DNA of 64,000 nt from Sphingobacteriaceae bacterium (GTDB taxonomy: Bacteria > Bacteroidota > Bacteroidia > Sphingobacteriales > Sphingobacteriaceae). Position 1 is the first letter of the stretch. Each line of letters begins with the position of its first letter. Positions 1-11,675 of the stretch are shown here, piece by piece. The position numbers and the translations under genes were made by a program. The notes beneath the pieces are model-generated. The model was not told the origin of the DNA. It saw only the letters and a list, made by a program, of their open reading frames with translations, and did no database searches. The stretch is from assembly GCA_036402155.1 (NCBI GenBank), contig DASWTL010000221.1, positions 968 through 64,967 on the forward strand, written 5' to 3'.

Positions 1-644
1 TTAATTCATACGCCTATTTTATGACCCATTTTTTGCCAATTAAGATAATTTCATACCTGTTATATGCAAGTATAATTATTCATGCGGTATATGCATTAAT
101 ATTAACTTCCAAAAATAAGAAAGCCCGCCCCGTGGGTTATGCATCATACAATGGTGCAGCCAACAGCCCCTGGACATCACGCAATATGGGAATTTTAGGA
201 ACTATATTGTTGATCTTCCTCGTTGTGCACATGAGTAATTTCTGGGCACAATATCACTGGGGGGGATTACCATATACCAAATATGAAATCGATCTGCAGA
301 ATCCTGATGTGATGCGTGTTACTGAGCTTCCTATTATAGGTACTGAGCGTGTGCATTCCGATTTTGTAGATGCTCAAAACGGCACCAAGGTCCTTATTGC
401 AAAGGATTTGTATAAAATAGTTCACGATTCATTTCAGCAGTGGTGGTATGTGTTGTTATATGTGATCTCTATGGCTGCGCTGTCATTTCATTTAATACAT
501 GGTTTCAGAAGCGCTTTCCAAACCCTGGGATGGGATCATAAGCGGTATGTGCCTCTTATCCGGTTTTTAGGAGTTTGGATCTTTGGGGTAATAATCCCAT
601 TGCTTTTTGCCGCCATGCCATTATTTTTCTTCTTTTTTAAATAG
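1..644 (+). CDS. sdhC: Succinate dehydrogenase/fumarate reductase cytochrome b subunit (b558 type), 5' end outside the window
   Basis: The reading frame is open from nt 3 to the window edge, so the listed ATG at 21 is probably internal. It is a hydrophobic multi-TM protein with conserved His residues, directly upstream of the flavoprotein and Fe-S subunits. Confidence 0.8.
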   Translation, partial: NSYAYFMTHFLPIKIISYLLYASIIIHAVYALILTSKNKKARPVGYASYNGAANSPWTSRNMGILGTILLIFLVVHMSNFWAQYHWGGLPYTKYEIDLQNPDVMRVTELPIIGTERVHSDFVDAQNGTKVLIAKDLYKIVHDSFQQWWYVLLYVISMAALSFHLIHGFRSAFQTLGWDHKRYVPLIRFLGVWIFGVIIPLLFAAMPLFFFFFK

Positions 645-688
645 GTTTTCACATTCCCGGATTGCCGGGATACTAAATAAATTCTGCA

Positions 689-2623
689 ATGAAGTTAGAT
701 GCTAAAATTCCGGAAGGCCCATTAGCCGAAAAATGGTCTAAGCATAAGTTTAATTTAAAGCTGGTAAATCCGGCTAACAAGCGTAAGTATGATATTATTG
801 TTGTAGGAACAGGCCTTGCAGGTGCTTCAGCTGCAGCATCGCTTGCCGAATTGGGATATAATGTAAAAACATTCTGTTTCCAGGATAGCCCCCGCCGCGC
901 ACACTCGATTGCTGCACAGGGCGGTATCAATGCTGCCAAGAATTATCGTAATGACGGTGACAGTGTATACCGGTTGTTTTATGATACCATAAAAGGTGGA
1001 GATTACCGTGCAAGGGAGGGTAATGTTCACCGTTTGGCCGAAGTTTCGGTTAATATTATTGATCAGTGTGTAGCTCAGGGTGTTCCGTTTGCACGCGAAT
1101 ATGGCGGTTTGCTTGATAATCGTTCATTTGGAGGTGCCCAGGTATCCCGTACGTTCTATGCCCGTGGTCAAACCGGACAACAATTGCTTTTAGGTGCTTA
1201 TTCGGCGCTTAACCGTCAGATACATGAGGGGAAAGTAAAGATGTACAACCGTCATGAAATGCTGGATGTAGTTATGATAGACGGCAAAGCGCAGGGTATC
1301 ATTACCCGAAACCTGATCACCGGTGAGATTGAGAGTCATGCAGGACATGCGGTATTATTATGTACCGGTGGTTATGGAAACGTATTTTACCTGTCAACTA
1401 ATGCCATGGGTTGTAACGTAACGGCTGCCTGGAAAGCTCATAAGCGAGGTGCATTATTTGCTAACCCTTGCTTCACCCAGATCCATCCAACATGTATCCC
1501 GGTAACGGGCGACCATCAGTCAAAGCTGACCTTAATGTCTGAATCATTACGTAATGATGGACGTGTTTGGGCTCCGAAAACCCGGGAACTTGCCGAGAAA
1601 ATGCGTAAGGGAGAATTAAAGGTTAATGACCTGAAAGAAGAAGACCGGGATTATTTCCTGGAGCGTAAGTATCCGGCATTCGGTAATCTGGTGCCTCGCG
1701 ATGTGGCATCCCGGAATGCCAAAGAAGCGGCTGATGACGGACGTGGCGTGGGTACTTCAGGTATGGCAGTGTTCCTTGATTTTGCCGATGCTATAAAACG
1801 TCTGGGTGAAGATGCAGTTCGTGCAAAATATGGTAACCTGTTCGACATGTATTATCAGATCACCAATGAAAATCCATATAAACAGCCAATGCGTATTTAT
1901 CCTGCGGTCCATTATACTATGGGCGGATTATGGGTAGATTATAATCTGCAAACTACTGTTCCCGGTTTATACTGTTTAGGTGAGGCTAATTTCTCAGATC
2001 ATGGTGCAAACAGACTTGGTGCATCTGCTTTGATGCAGGGACTTGCCGACGGTTATTTTGTAATTCCTTATACTGTTGGGGATTACCTGGCTACGATCGG
2101 ACCTGCGCCTGTTAATGAAAATCATCCGGCCTTTGCCGAAACCAAACGTGAAGTAGAGGAAAGGATAAACAAATTGTTGTCTCTTAAAGGCTCTCGCACA
2201 GTAGATGAATATCACCGTGAACTGGGCCTTATCATGTGGGAATATTGCGGTATGGCCCGTACAGAAGAGGGATTGATCAAAGCCAAAGGACTTATCCGTG
2301 ACCTTCGTGAAGATTTCTGGAAAAATGCTATTGTGCTGGGTAAAAATGAAGAATTTAACATGTCGCTGGAAAAAGCGGGCCGTGTTGCAGATTTTCTGGA
2401 GCTTGGCGAGCTGATGGTTGATGATGCATTGAACCGCAAAGAATCATGTGGTGGCCATTTCAGAGTAGAAAGTCAGACCGAAGAAGGTGAAGCTAAGCGT
2501 GATGATGACCAATATGCTTACGTAGCAGCCTGGGAATACCAGGGATACAACCAGCCGGAAGTTCTACACAAGGAAGAGCTGGTATATGAAAATGTTAAGT
2601 TAACACAAAGAAGTTATAAGTAA
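689..2623 (+). CDS. sdhA: Succinate dehydrogenase/fumarate reductase flavoprotein subunit
   Basis: 644 aa with the N-terminal dinucleotide fold [12 protein letters not shown], the covalent-FAD region [15 protein letters not shown] and a C-terminal CGGHFR. It sits between the cytochrome b and Fe-S subunit genes. Confidence 0.95.
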   Translation: MKLDAKIPEGPLAEKWSKHKFNLKLVNPANKRKYDIIVVGTGLAGASAAASLAELGYNVKTFCFQDSPRRAHSIAAQGGINAAKNYRNDGDSVYRLFYDTIKGGDYRAREGNVHRLAEVSVNIIDQCVAQGVPFAREYGGLLDNRSFGGAQVSRTFYARGQTGQQLLLGAYSALNRQIHEGKVKMYNRHEMLDVVMIDGKAQGIITRNLITGEIESHAGHAVLLCTGGYGNVFYLSTNAMGCNVTAAWKAHKRGALFANPCFTQIHPTCIPVTGDHQSKLTLMSESLRNDGRVWAPKTRELAEKMRKGELKVNDLKEEDRDYFLERKYPAFGNLVPRDVASRNAKEAADDGRGVGTSGMAVFLDFADAIKRLGEDAVRAKYGNLFDMYYQITNENPYKQPMRIYPAVHYTMGGLWVDYNLQTTVPGLYCLGEANFSDHGANRLGASALMQGLADGYFVIPYTVGDYLATIGPAPVNENHPAFAETKREVEERINKLLSLKGSRTVDEYHRELGLIMWEYCGMARTEEGLIKAKGLIRDLREDFWKNAIVLGKNEEFNMSLEKAGRVADFLELGELMVDDALNRKESCGGHFRVESQTEEGEAKRDDDQYAYVAAWEYQGYNQPEVLHKEELVYENVKLTQRSYK

Positions 2624-2695
2624 GTATCAAGTACATAGTACTGAGTATTTAGACTGATCTTGATACTTGTTACTTGATACTAAAATCTTGAAAAT

Positions 2696-3466
2696 ATGAG
2701 CGGAAACATGAATTTAACGCTGAAAGTCTGGAGACAGCAGAACACCCAGGATAAAGGAAAATTTGTAACCTATAAAGCAGATGGTATTTCCCCGGATATG
2801 TCGTTCCTGGAAATGCTGGATGTTGTAAACGAGGATTTGGTAAAAAAATCAGAAGATCCTATACATTTTGATCACGATTGCCGCGAGGGTATTTGCGGAA
2901 TGTGTTCTTTGCATATTAATGGTCGTCCTCATGGGCCTAAAAATGCCATAACCACCTGTCAGCTTCATATGAGGAGTTTTTCAGACGGTGAAACGATAAC
3001 CATTGAACCATGGAGAGCGGCAGCATTTCCGGTAATTAAAGATCTTGCGGTTGACCGCTCAGCATTTGAGCGGATTCAGCAGGCCGGTGGATATGTGTCT
3101 GTTGGTACCGGCGGTGTGCCCGATGCCAATGCGATCCCGGTTCCAAAAGTAATTGCTGATGAAGCATTTAATTCTGCAACATGCATCCAGTGCGGAGCCT
3201 GTGTGGCAGCATGTAAGAATGCCTCGGCTATGTTGTTTGTATCTGCCAAGATATCGCAGCTTGCTTTATTGCCGCAAGGTCAGCCTGAACGTTACAGACG
3301 GGCGCAGGCGATGGTTGCCCAGATGGATGAAGAAGGATTTGGAAATTGTACCAATACCGGAGCGTGTGAAGCAGAATGTCCGAAAGAAATTTCGATTACC
3401 AATATAGCGCGAATGAACCGTGAATACTATGTTGCAAAATTCTTTAAAGAAGAAGAAATTAGTTAA
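2696..3466 (+). CDS. sdhB: Succinate dehydrogenase/fumarate reductase iron-sulfur subunit
   Basis: Three Cys clusters: CREGICGMC (2Fe-2S), [11 protein letters not shown] and [12 protein letters not shown] (4Fe-4S/3Fe-4S). 256 aa. Confidence 0.95.
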   Translation: MSGNMNLTLKVWRQQNTQDKGKFVTYKADGISPDMSFLEMLDVVNEDLVKKSEDPIHFDHDCREGICGMCSLHINGRPHGPKNAITTCQLHMRSFSDGETITIEPWRAAAFPVIKDLAVDRSAFERIQQAGGYVSVGTGGVPDANAIPVPKVIADEAFNSATCIQCGACVAACKNASAMLFVSAKISQLALLPQGQPERYRRAQAMVAQMDEEGFGNCTNTGACEAECPKEISITNIARMNREYYVAKFFKEEEIS

Positions 3467-3497
3467 TTTTGTAAAAGCCGGGACGAGGAGATTTGTG

Positions 3498-3530
3498 AAG
3501 AAACCCTGAGGCATTGCTTCAGGGTTTCTT
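3498..3530. terminator. Hairpin between convergent sdhB and the blaR1-like gene (probable bidirectional terminator)
   Basis: AAGAAACCCTGA (3498-3509) is the perfect reverse complement of TCAGGGTTTCTT (3519-3530), and the stem extends inward by 3 more pairs. There is no clear U-tract on either side. Confidence 0.6.
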
Positions 3531-3594
3531 GCGTAGTTAAAGTTGACTTTATTCCATCTTTGGGATATAAGCAGGCGAAAAACTTTAAAAAGGT

Positions 3595-5667
3595 TCAAGG
3601 AACTGCGGTTTTAGTATAAATTTCGATCACTCCATTCCATCCTTTTTTGCCGTATTTAGCTTCTGCAGCATCTCCTTTCAATACATTCATCTTCTTTATG
3701 GAAGCGAGTTCCAATCTGTCAAACTCTTTCGCTGTGATCTTTTTACCATCAATTATGTAAAGACTTGGCGGAACCTTTTGAATCTGACTTTTGGAATTAT
3801 CTTTTTTAGTTAACTGAAAAGAGATCGGAATGGTGTATTGTACCCTTACCGGTTTTCCGTTTTGTATTCCGGGCTTCCATCGCTGCGAATTTTTCAAGAT
3901 TCGTATTGCTTCTTCATCAGTTCCGTAACCTAATCCTCGTAAAACCTTTATGTCGGTTAACTCTCCATCTTTCTCTACAATAAAAGATACGAAAACACGG
4001 CCAGAGATTTTATTTGCTTTGGCTAGTTCAGGATATTTAATATTATCTGCGATGTAAGCTGAGAAGGCTTTTTCGCCGCCAGGAAACTCCGGTAAGACCT
4101 CTACACTGGCAAAATCACTTGCCGTATCATTTTCTGATCCGGTTTCCAGCTCTTTCTTCGGAGCCGATGATGGCGTTCTTCCGGGCTGGAAAGAAATAGG
4201 CAAGGTATACTGGACTCTTACTGGTTTTCCCTCAATCATTCCGGGGTTCCATCTTGGAGAGTTTTTCAAAACCCGTACAGCTTCTTCATCTGTTCCAAAC
4301 CCTAATCCTCGTAAAACTTTAATATTTGTTAATTGCCCATCCTTTTCTACAACAAAAGAGATAAATACACGTCCTGTAATTTTATTTATCCGGGCTGGCT
4401 CAGGATACTTAATATTCCGGATCAGATAGGCGCCAAATCCCTTATTTCCTCCCGGAAACTCCGGCAAAACCTGCACTTTGCTAAAGTCAGTAATCCTATT
4501 GGTATCGACTTGGGAGCCATCAGATTCTTTGATATACTTTGCTGGTGTTGGAAGAGAAGACCTAATTCTATCACTTTCCGGCGGAGGAGGAGGATAAGGG
4601 AACTCACCATACTTAGCTTTTGCTTCACTTTTTGCTTTCAGGTTTTCCATATTGTAACTTTCCCAATCTCCATTTTTCAGGTAAACAGTTACCCGGTAGG
4701 GCTTAGTTTTCCACGCAAGTTCTTTGACACTCGGGTTGCGTTTTAAAAACGATTTGTACTGATCTGGTTCTTCGGATTGTGTTAAAGTGGAAAAGAGTGA
4801 ACCGGTGAGTTTTTTTGATTCATTGATCAGTGTTATTTTATCTTGTTTTGCTGTTGCAGCTGAAAATATCAGCATGGCTGCAAACAGCGGTGCTGAAAGG
4901 CCATATTTTAATAATCCGGTTCTGCGCGACCTGCTCTTACCTAACATCAGGATTCTTCGTTTTAACAAGGATTGGTTAAAAAAGCTATTGCTTAATTGAT
5001 GAGGATTCACGCCCAGTGTATTGCTAAGGAGAAGCAAAGCATAATCAGATTTACTTTGCTGTAAACCGGCGGCTTCTTCATCGGCAATGAATTCATGTAT
5101 GTGCTTAATTTCCTTTTTGTAGATATATGCCACCGGGTTAAACCAGTTTAGTACAGCAGCCAGTTCAATTAAGATCACATCCAGCGAATGCCATTGCCTG
5201 ATATGGACTTTCTCATGATTAATAATGGATTCCTTTTCCGGTAATTCGACGTCAATTATAAGTGCTTTAAAGAATGAAAAGGCCGCCCCTCTTTTTGCTT
5301 TAAGATTATATTTTAACCAGATGAGCTGGATAATAAACCGGGCCAGAAAGATAGAAGCACCGATCAGATAGATCCACATGATGATTTCAGTAACGGTCCA
5401 TTTAGGCGCCTCTTCACTTACCTGCACTATTACCGGGTCATAAATCACCTGAAGCGGTATGGTTGCCTCTCTTACTTTTTGCGTAATAAAGAGCTCACTG
5501 AACCAATCAGAATTTATAAACGGAATAATAAATGAAAGAAAGACGCTTCCGTTAAGAAAAATCCGGTTCTGTTTAAAGAATGTTTCATTCCTTAATACCA
5601 GCATGTAAAATCCCATGAAAAGAATCAGGTACAAGTTGGTTTGCAGCAGGTAATTCAGGCTGTTCAT
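3595..5667 (-). CDS. BlaR1-type M56 metallopeptidase signal transducer fused to two tandem TonB C-terminal domains
   Basis: N-terminal multi-TM region with the zinc motif HEKVHIRQWH. A PPPPP linker is followed by two ~95-aa repeats (VLPEFPGG...GRVF.SF.VEKDG.LT.IKVLRGLG.GTDEEA...PVRVQYT.PISFQ). The C-terminal tail VLKGDAAEAKYGKKGWNGVIEIYTK resembles a TonB-dependent-receptor plug motif. Confidence 0.85.
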   Translation of the reverse strand: MNSLNYLLQTNLYLILFMGFYMLVLRNETFFKQNRIFLNGSVFLSFIIPFINSDWFSELFITQKVREATIPLQVIYDPVIVQVSEEAPKWTVTEIIMWIYLIGASIFLARFIIQLIWLKYNLKAKRGAAFSFFKALIIDVELPEKESIINHEKVHIRQWHSLDVILIELAAVLNWFNPVAYIYKKEIKHIHEFIADEEAAGLQQSKSDYALLLLSNTLGVNPHQLSNSFFNQSLLKRRILMLGKSRSRRTGLLKYGLSAPLFAAMLIFSAATAKQDKITLINESKKLTGSLFSTLTQSEEPDQYKSFLKRNPSVKELAWKTKPYRVTVYLKNGDWESYNMENLKAKSEAKAKYGEFPYPPPPPESDRIRSSLPTPAKYIKESDGSQVDTNRITDFSKVQVLPEFPGGNKGFGAYLIRNIKYPEPARINKITGRVFISFVVEKDGQLTNIKVLRGLGFGTDEEAVRVLKNSPRWNPGMIEGKPVRVQYTLPISFQPGRTPSSAPKKELETGSENDTASDFASVEVLPEFPGGEKAFSAYIADNIKYPELAKANKISGRVFVSFIVEKDGELTDIKVLRGLGYGTDEEAIRILKNSQRWKPGIQNGKPVRVQYTIPISFQLTKKDNSKSQIQKVPPSLYIIDGKKITAKEFDRLELASIKKMNVLKGDAAEAKYGKKGWNGVIEIYTKTAVP

Positions 5668-5668
5668 A

Positions 5669-6040
5669 TCATTTCTTTTTAAGTTTTTCTATCAGTTTCA
5701 TGATCTCATCCGCCTCCTTTAAGTCCAGTTTCTTTTCTTTTACAAAGAATGAGAACATATTTTCAACCGAGTTGCTGAAATACCCGTTCAGAAGCTTCTC
5801 GGTGGCAAAACTCTTATATTCTTCTTTACTGATAATAGGGAAGTAACGATGGCTTTTACCAAAGGCCTGATGACTAACGAAGCCTTTTGTTTCTAAAATC
5901 CGGATGATGGTAGACACCGTATTGTAAGCAGGTTTAGGCTCCGGCAATTGTTTTAAAACATCCTTTACAAATCCTCTTCCAAGGTTCCATAGAACCTGCA
6001 TAATCTGTTCTTCCGCTTTTGTTAGATCTTTTATTTCCAT
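5669..6040 (-). CDS. BlaI/MecI/CopY family transcriptional repressor
   Basis: 123-aa winged-helix protein (AEEQIMQVLW...YNTVSTIIRILETKGFV). Its stop lies 1 nt from the start of the M56 sensor gene, which is the classic blaI-blaR1 arrangement. Confidence 0.9.
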   Translation of the reverse strand: MEIKDLTKAEEQIMQVLWNLGRGFVKDVLKQLPEPKPAYNTVSTIIRILETKGFVSHQAFGKSHRYFPIISKEEYKSFATEKLLNGYFSNSVENMFSFFVKEKKLDLKEADEIMKLIEKLKKK

Positions 6041-6049
6041 AATATGTTG

Positions 6050-6565
6050 TTACTTATTTCCATGGTACGCTTCATTAATCATTTTACCTTTTTCATAATT
6101 CCGCGTTACTATTAATATTCCATTTTCATCATAGCACCTCCAGAAACCAGTGTAATACCAGTGGATGAGCTTTGCGGAGGAATCGAAAATGGTTTCGCCC
6201 TCGCAATCAATTTTCCCATTTTTATGATAGAACCGGGTGTAAGCTGTTGTCCCTTTGTATTTCTCCTTACGGATTAATTTGCCATTCATAAAATATCGCC
6301 ATGTTCCCACTTCTGAATCATTTCGATACCTCCCTTTATAGTAATATCCTTCTTTTAACTCTTGTGGAAGATGATACCCTCGTTTCTTTAATATCTCAAA
6401 GTCCTTTTTTACCAGATCAGCAGCGTAAATCCAGCGGCCATGTTTATGGCCATTAACCATTCGATTAAATTGACATGAAGCCGAAATCAGCCACATGCAC
6501 AGAAATAAGTGTGTAAGTAAGCGGCGCATAGCTAAAGTAGTATCTATAAGATATTTTCCGGACAC
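6050..6565 (-). CDS. MORN-variant repeat (YwqK-like) protein, probable lipoprotein
   Basis: Repeated G.W..Y..NGK motifs (GTWRYFMNGKL, RFYHKNGKI, RCYDENGIL). A signal/lipobox-like LISASC suggests the true start may be the internal ATG at 6529. It ends 9 nt upstream of blaI on the same strand. Confidence 0.6.
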   Translation of the reverse strand: MSGKYLIDTTLAMRRLLTHLFLCMWLISASCQFNRMVNGHKHGRWIYAADLVKKDFEILKKRGYHLPQELKEGYYYKGRYRNDSEVGTWRYFMNGKLIRKEKYKGTTAYTRFYHKNGKIDCEGETIFDSSAKLIHWYYTGFWRCYDENGILIVTRNYEKGKMINEAYHGNK

Positions 6566-6667
6566 TAATGTATAACTAATAAACTAGTTTAACAACTATT
6601 TGTTTAGTTGTTGTGAATTATTTTTTTATCACCACAATTTCCGTAATTCTGTGTTAGAAATTTCTAT

Positions 6668-8074
6668 ATGAATATAACTTTCCACGGAGCTGCACAAACC
6701 GTTACCGGCAGCAAGCATTTAATCACATTAAAAGATAATACGCAAATCCTGCTTGACTGCGGGATGTTTCAGGGAATGGGTGACGAAACTGATGAATTAA
6801 ACGATTACTTCGGGTTTAAGCCGTCAGAAGTAAATTACCTGATTCTTTCACATGCACATATTGATCATTGTGGTTTAGTGCCGCGGCTGGTTGCCGAGGG
6901 CTTTCGGGGTGATATTATCTGTACTCCCCCAACCATGGACCTTTGCCGGATATTATTAATGGATTCGGCCAGAATTCAGATGCAAGACACTGAGTATGTA
7001 AACAAGGATCGGGCACGTAAGAATTTACCGCCTGAAAAACCATTATACACTGAAGATGATGTGATGGAATCGCTACGGTTATTCAAGATCATTGAGTATG
7101 ATGAAGATTATGAAATAACTCCGCGGGTAAGTGTTAAATTAACTGATGCCGGCCATTTGATAGGGAGCGCAGCCGTTAACTTATCAATTCTGGAAGATGG
7201 GAAATCCACGCGGATTACGTTCAGCGGGGATGTTGGCCGTTATGATGATATGTTGTTAAAAAGTCCACGGGTATTTGATCAGGCTGATTATATTCTGCTA
7301 GAATCTACTTATGGTGATTCCCTTCATATAGATCTGGAACCTATTGAAGACGCCCTGCACGAAATCATTCATCACACATGTAAAGTGAAAGGTGGTAAAG
7401 TTATTATTCCGGCATTCAGTGTGGGCAGAACCCAGGAGGTATTATTTGCTTTAAACGCGCTTGAACTAAGAGGATTATTGCCCGATGTCCCTTTTTATGT
7501 GGACAGTCCGCTATCCGAGAAGGCAACTGAAGTTTTGAAAGATCACCCGGACGTGTATAATAATAAGGTGAAGGAAGTTATGCGGGCAGACTCTGATATT
7601 TTTCATTTCAAAGGATTAAAATTTATTCAGACGGTTGAGGAATCAAAGGCTTTAAATAATGATCCGCGTCCTTGCGTGATTATTTCATCTTCAGGGATGG
7701 CTGAAGCCGGCCGGGTAAAACATCATATCAAGAATAATATTGGTAATCAGAAGAATACGATACTGATGGTAGGTTATTGTGAACCTCGTTCACTAGGTGG
7801 AAGATTAATTGCCGGAGCTCCCGTGGTATCCATTTTTGGGGACGAATATGATGTCAGGGCAGATGTGAGATCCATCAAGTCAATGAGCGCCCATGGCGAT
7901 TACGATGATCTTTTGAAATTTATTTCTTGCCAGGATCCTACATTGGTTAAAAAGGTTTTTCTTGTTCATGGTGAGTTAGAAACACAGGTAATATTCAGGG
8001 AAAAGATCGTGGAAAAAGGATTTGTACATGTGGAGATTCCGCAAATTCATGAGCGTGTTGAATTGGATGGATAG
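6668..8074 (+). CDS. MBL-fold beta-CASP hydrolase (RNA-metabolising metallo-beta-lactamase family)
   Basis: HAHIDHCG motif 2, then GDVGR, ESTYG, SAHGD and VHGE motifs in beta-CASP order. 468 aa. Confidence 0.85.
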   Translation: MNITFHGAAQTVTGSKHLITLKDNTQILLDCGMFQGMGDETDELNDYFGFKPSEVNYLILSHAHIDHCGLVPRLVAEGFRGDIICTPPTMDLCRILLMDSARIQMQDTEYVNKDRARKNLPPEKPLYTEDDVMESLRLFKIIEYDEDYEITPRVSVKLTDAGHLIGSAAVNLSILEDGKSTRITFSGDVGRYDDMLLKSPRVFDQADYILLESTYGDSLHIDLEPIEDALHEIIHHTCKVKGGKVIIPAFSVGRTQEVLFALNALELRGLLPDVPFYVDSPLSEKATEVLKDHPDVYNNKVKEVMRADSDIFHFKGLKFIQTVEESKALNNDPRPCVIISSSGMAEAGRVKHHIKNNIGNQKNTILMVGYCEPRSLGGRLIAGAPVVSIFGDEYDVRADVRSIKSMSAHGDYDDLLKFISCQDPTLVKKVFLVHGELETQVIFREKIVEKGFVHVEIPQIHERVELDG

Positions 8075-8204
8075 ATTAGTCTTCGCTTAAAAAGAAAACG
8101 GTATGATGTTACATGCAACAACCGGTATTGCTTTTAACTCTCAGATTAATTAGAATAAAAAACAAGAGAAATTCAGGACATAGTAGCACAAACTAAACAA
8201 TACC

Positions 8205-8520
8205 CCGTCATGTCGACAGATTTGTGAACGGGCTGTGAAAGCAGACATCCGGGACATAATAACACTTGCAGTGCTTTGAACAGTGAGATTTCTCTTCTTC
8301 CACTACCTGATCCGACGCTTAATCGAAATGACGGCAGGGGGTTGGCGGGCAGCGCATTCCAGCAACCTGCCAAAAAAAAACCGTCATCGACTGGGTTGTG
8401 CAAGGGGCTGTTTAAGGAGATATCCCGGACATAGTACACCTGCTAAACGAGCGGCAGAGCTTTTAACAGTGAGATTTCTCTCCTTCCACTACCTGATCCG
8501 GCGCTCAATCGAAATGATGG
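8205..8520. repeat. Two imperfect direct copies (8205-8334 and 8381-8520) of a ~130-140 bp element with 7-bp terminal inverted repeats
   Basis: Both copies start with CCGTCAT and end with ATGACGG (ATGATGG in copy B). The cores are near-identical: CAGTGAGATTTCTCT.CTTCCACTACCTGATCCG.CGCT.AATCGAAATGA at 8281 and 8467. The copies are separated by 46 bp containing an A9 run. A truncated third core fragment lies at 8174-8200. Confidence 0.8.
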
Positions 8521-8544
8521 CGCGGCTATATTGTGCCTGTAATC

Positions 8545-10239
<1,695 letters not shown>

Positions 10240-10277
10240 TTATCTGCTAATTTGCAGTGATTTTTCCTATGAAGTAA

Positions 10278-11603
10278 ATGATCGCAAATATGACAAGGCT
10301 TTTAATTTCTGCTTTGCTGTGCTGTTCGGTTTCCTTGTTTGCCCAGACAAAAGCGGATGACGTTAAAACGTTTACACTTAAAAATGGAATGAAATTTCTT
10401 GTTCTCGAGGACAATTCGATTCCTAATGCTAATATGTATTTGTTTTACAAAGTAGGCTCAAGAAATGAGTATCCCGGAATTACGGGACTTTCGCATTTCT
10501 TTGAACATATGATGTTTAATGGATCAAAGAAATTTGGCCCGAAAATGTTTGATCGTGTGATGGAATACAACGGCGGTTCAAATAATGCATACACCACATC
10601 AGATTTAACGGTATATACTGATTGGTTTCCTGCCTCGAAACTTGAAGTGATCTTCGATCTGGAATCCGACCGGATAGCAAACCTCAATATTGATACGGGA
10701 ATGGTTAATAGTGAACGGGGTGTAGTGCTTTCTGAACGAAGCACCGGCCTTGAAAATTCACCATGGCGGATGCTCAGTGAAGCAGTAAATGCGACGGCAT
10801 ATATCGAACACCCATATGGATGGTCGGTGATAGGATTTGAGGAAGATATTAAAAACTGGACCAAGGAGGATCTTGAAAATTATTTCCGGACCTACTATGC
10901 ACCTAATAATTGCGTGGTGGTAATTTCAGGAAATGTTACGGTTAATGAAGTTAAACGCCTTGCAGTGAAGTATATGGAGTCTATTCCGCCAGGGCCAACC
11001 CCAAAAGCGGTTCATCTTGTTGAGCCACCCCAAACAGGCGAACGGCGGATCACAGTTCAAAAAGATGTCACTACACCATATTTAATGATGGCCTATCATG
11101 TACCTCAAGCCACGAATAAAGATTATTACCCGCTTAGTATTCTAAGTTCCGTGCTTTCAAGCGGAAATTCATCCCGTTTATACTCAGCTCTTGTTGATAA
11201 GAAGCAACTCGCAACCAGTGTTTTTACCAATTATACCGAAACATTCGATCCGACATTATTTGAATTTTATGCCATTAGTGCAAAGGGAGTTAAAGAATCT
11301 GATATTGAGCATGCTGTTTATGAAGAGATTGAAAAAATAAAAAATGAGGGTATAACTGAACATGAACTTCAAAAGATTAAAAATCAGAAACTGATGGAAT
11401 TTTATAATCAGATTGAAACCATCAACGGGAAATCAAATAATATCGGTACTTATGAGATATTCTTTGGCGATTATAAAAGAATGTACAATGCACCGGTTGA
11501 ATACAATAAGGTTACCATTGAAGATGTAAAAAGGGTAGCAAATGAATATTTGAAAAAATCGAACCGGACTGTTGGCGTACTTAAGAAAAATGTTGAAGAG
11601 TAA
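10278..11603 (+). CDS. M16 family zinc peptidase (catalytic subunit, pitrilysin-like)
   Basis: Signal peptide followed by the inverted zinc motif HFFEH (HxxEH) in GLSHFFEHMMFNGS. 441 aa. Confidence 0.9.
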   Translation: MIANMTRLLISALLCCSVSLFAQTKADDVKTFTLKNGMKFLVLEDNSIPNANMYLFYKVGSRNEYPGITGLSHFFEHMMFNGSKKFGPKMFDRVMEYNGGSNNAYTTSDLTVYTDWFPASKLEVIFDLESDRIANLNIDTGMVNSERGVVLSERSTGLENSPWRMLSEAVNATAYIEHPYGWSVIGFEEDIKNWTKEDLENYFRTYYAPNNCVVVISGNVTVNEVKRLAVKYMESIPPGPTPKAVHLVEPPQTGERRITVQKDVTTPYLMMAYHVPQATNKDYYPLSILSSVLSSGNSSRLYSALVDKKQLATSVFTNYTETFDPTLFEFYAISAKGVKESDIEHAVYEEIEKIKNEGITEHELQKIKNQKLMEFYNQIETINGKSNNIGTYEIFFGDYKRMYNAPVEYNKVTIEDVKRVANEYLKKSNRTVGVLKKNVEE

Positions 11604-11675
11604 AGCAGAGGATCGATCGTCCGAAAGCTGAACATAGTCGTATCTCAACATGACCTCTTTATAAAAACAGCATGC

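Noticed and set aside
673-2439. Several 65-88-aa minus-strand ORFs inside sdhA
   Set aside because: These are antisense shadow ORFs within a highly conserved flavoprotein gene.
4333-4999. Plus-strand ORFs of 137 and 70 aa inside the blaR1-like gene
   Set aside because: They are antisense to the duplicated TonB-C region and the linker, so the repeat structure generates long open frames by chance.
8205-8520. Possible CRISPR array
   Set aside because: There are only two long (~130-140 bp) imperfect copies with a 46-bp spacer. There are no short 25-40 bp repeats at regular spacing and no cas genes.
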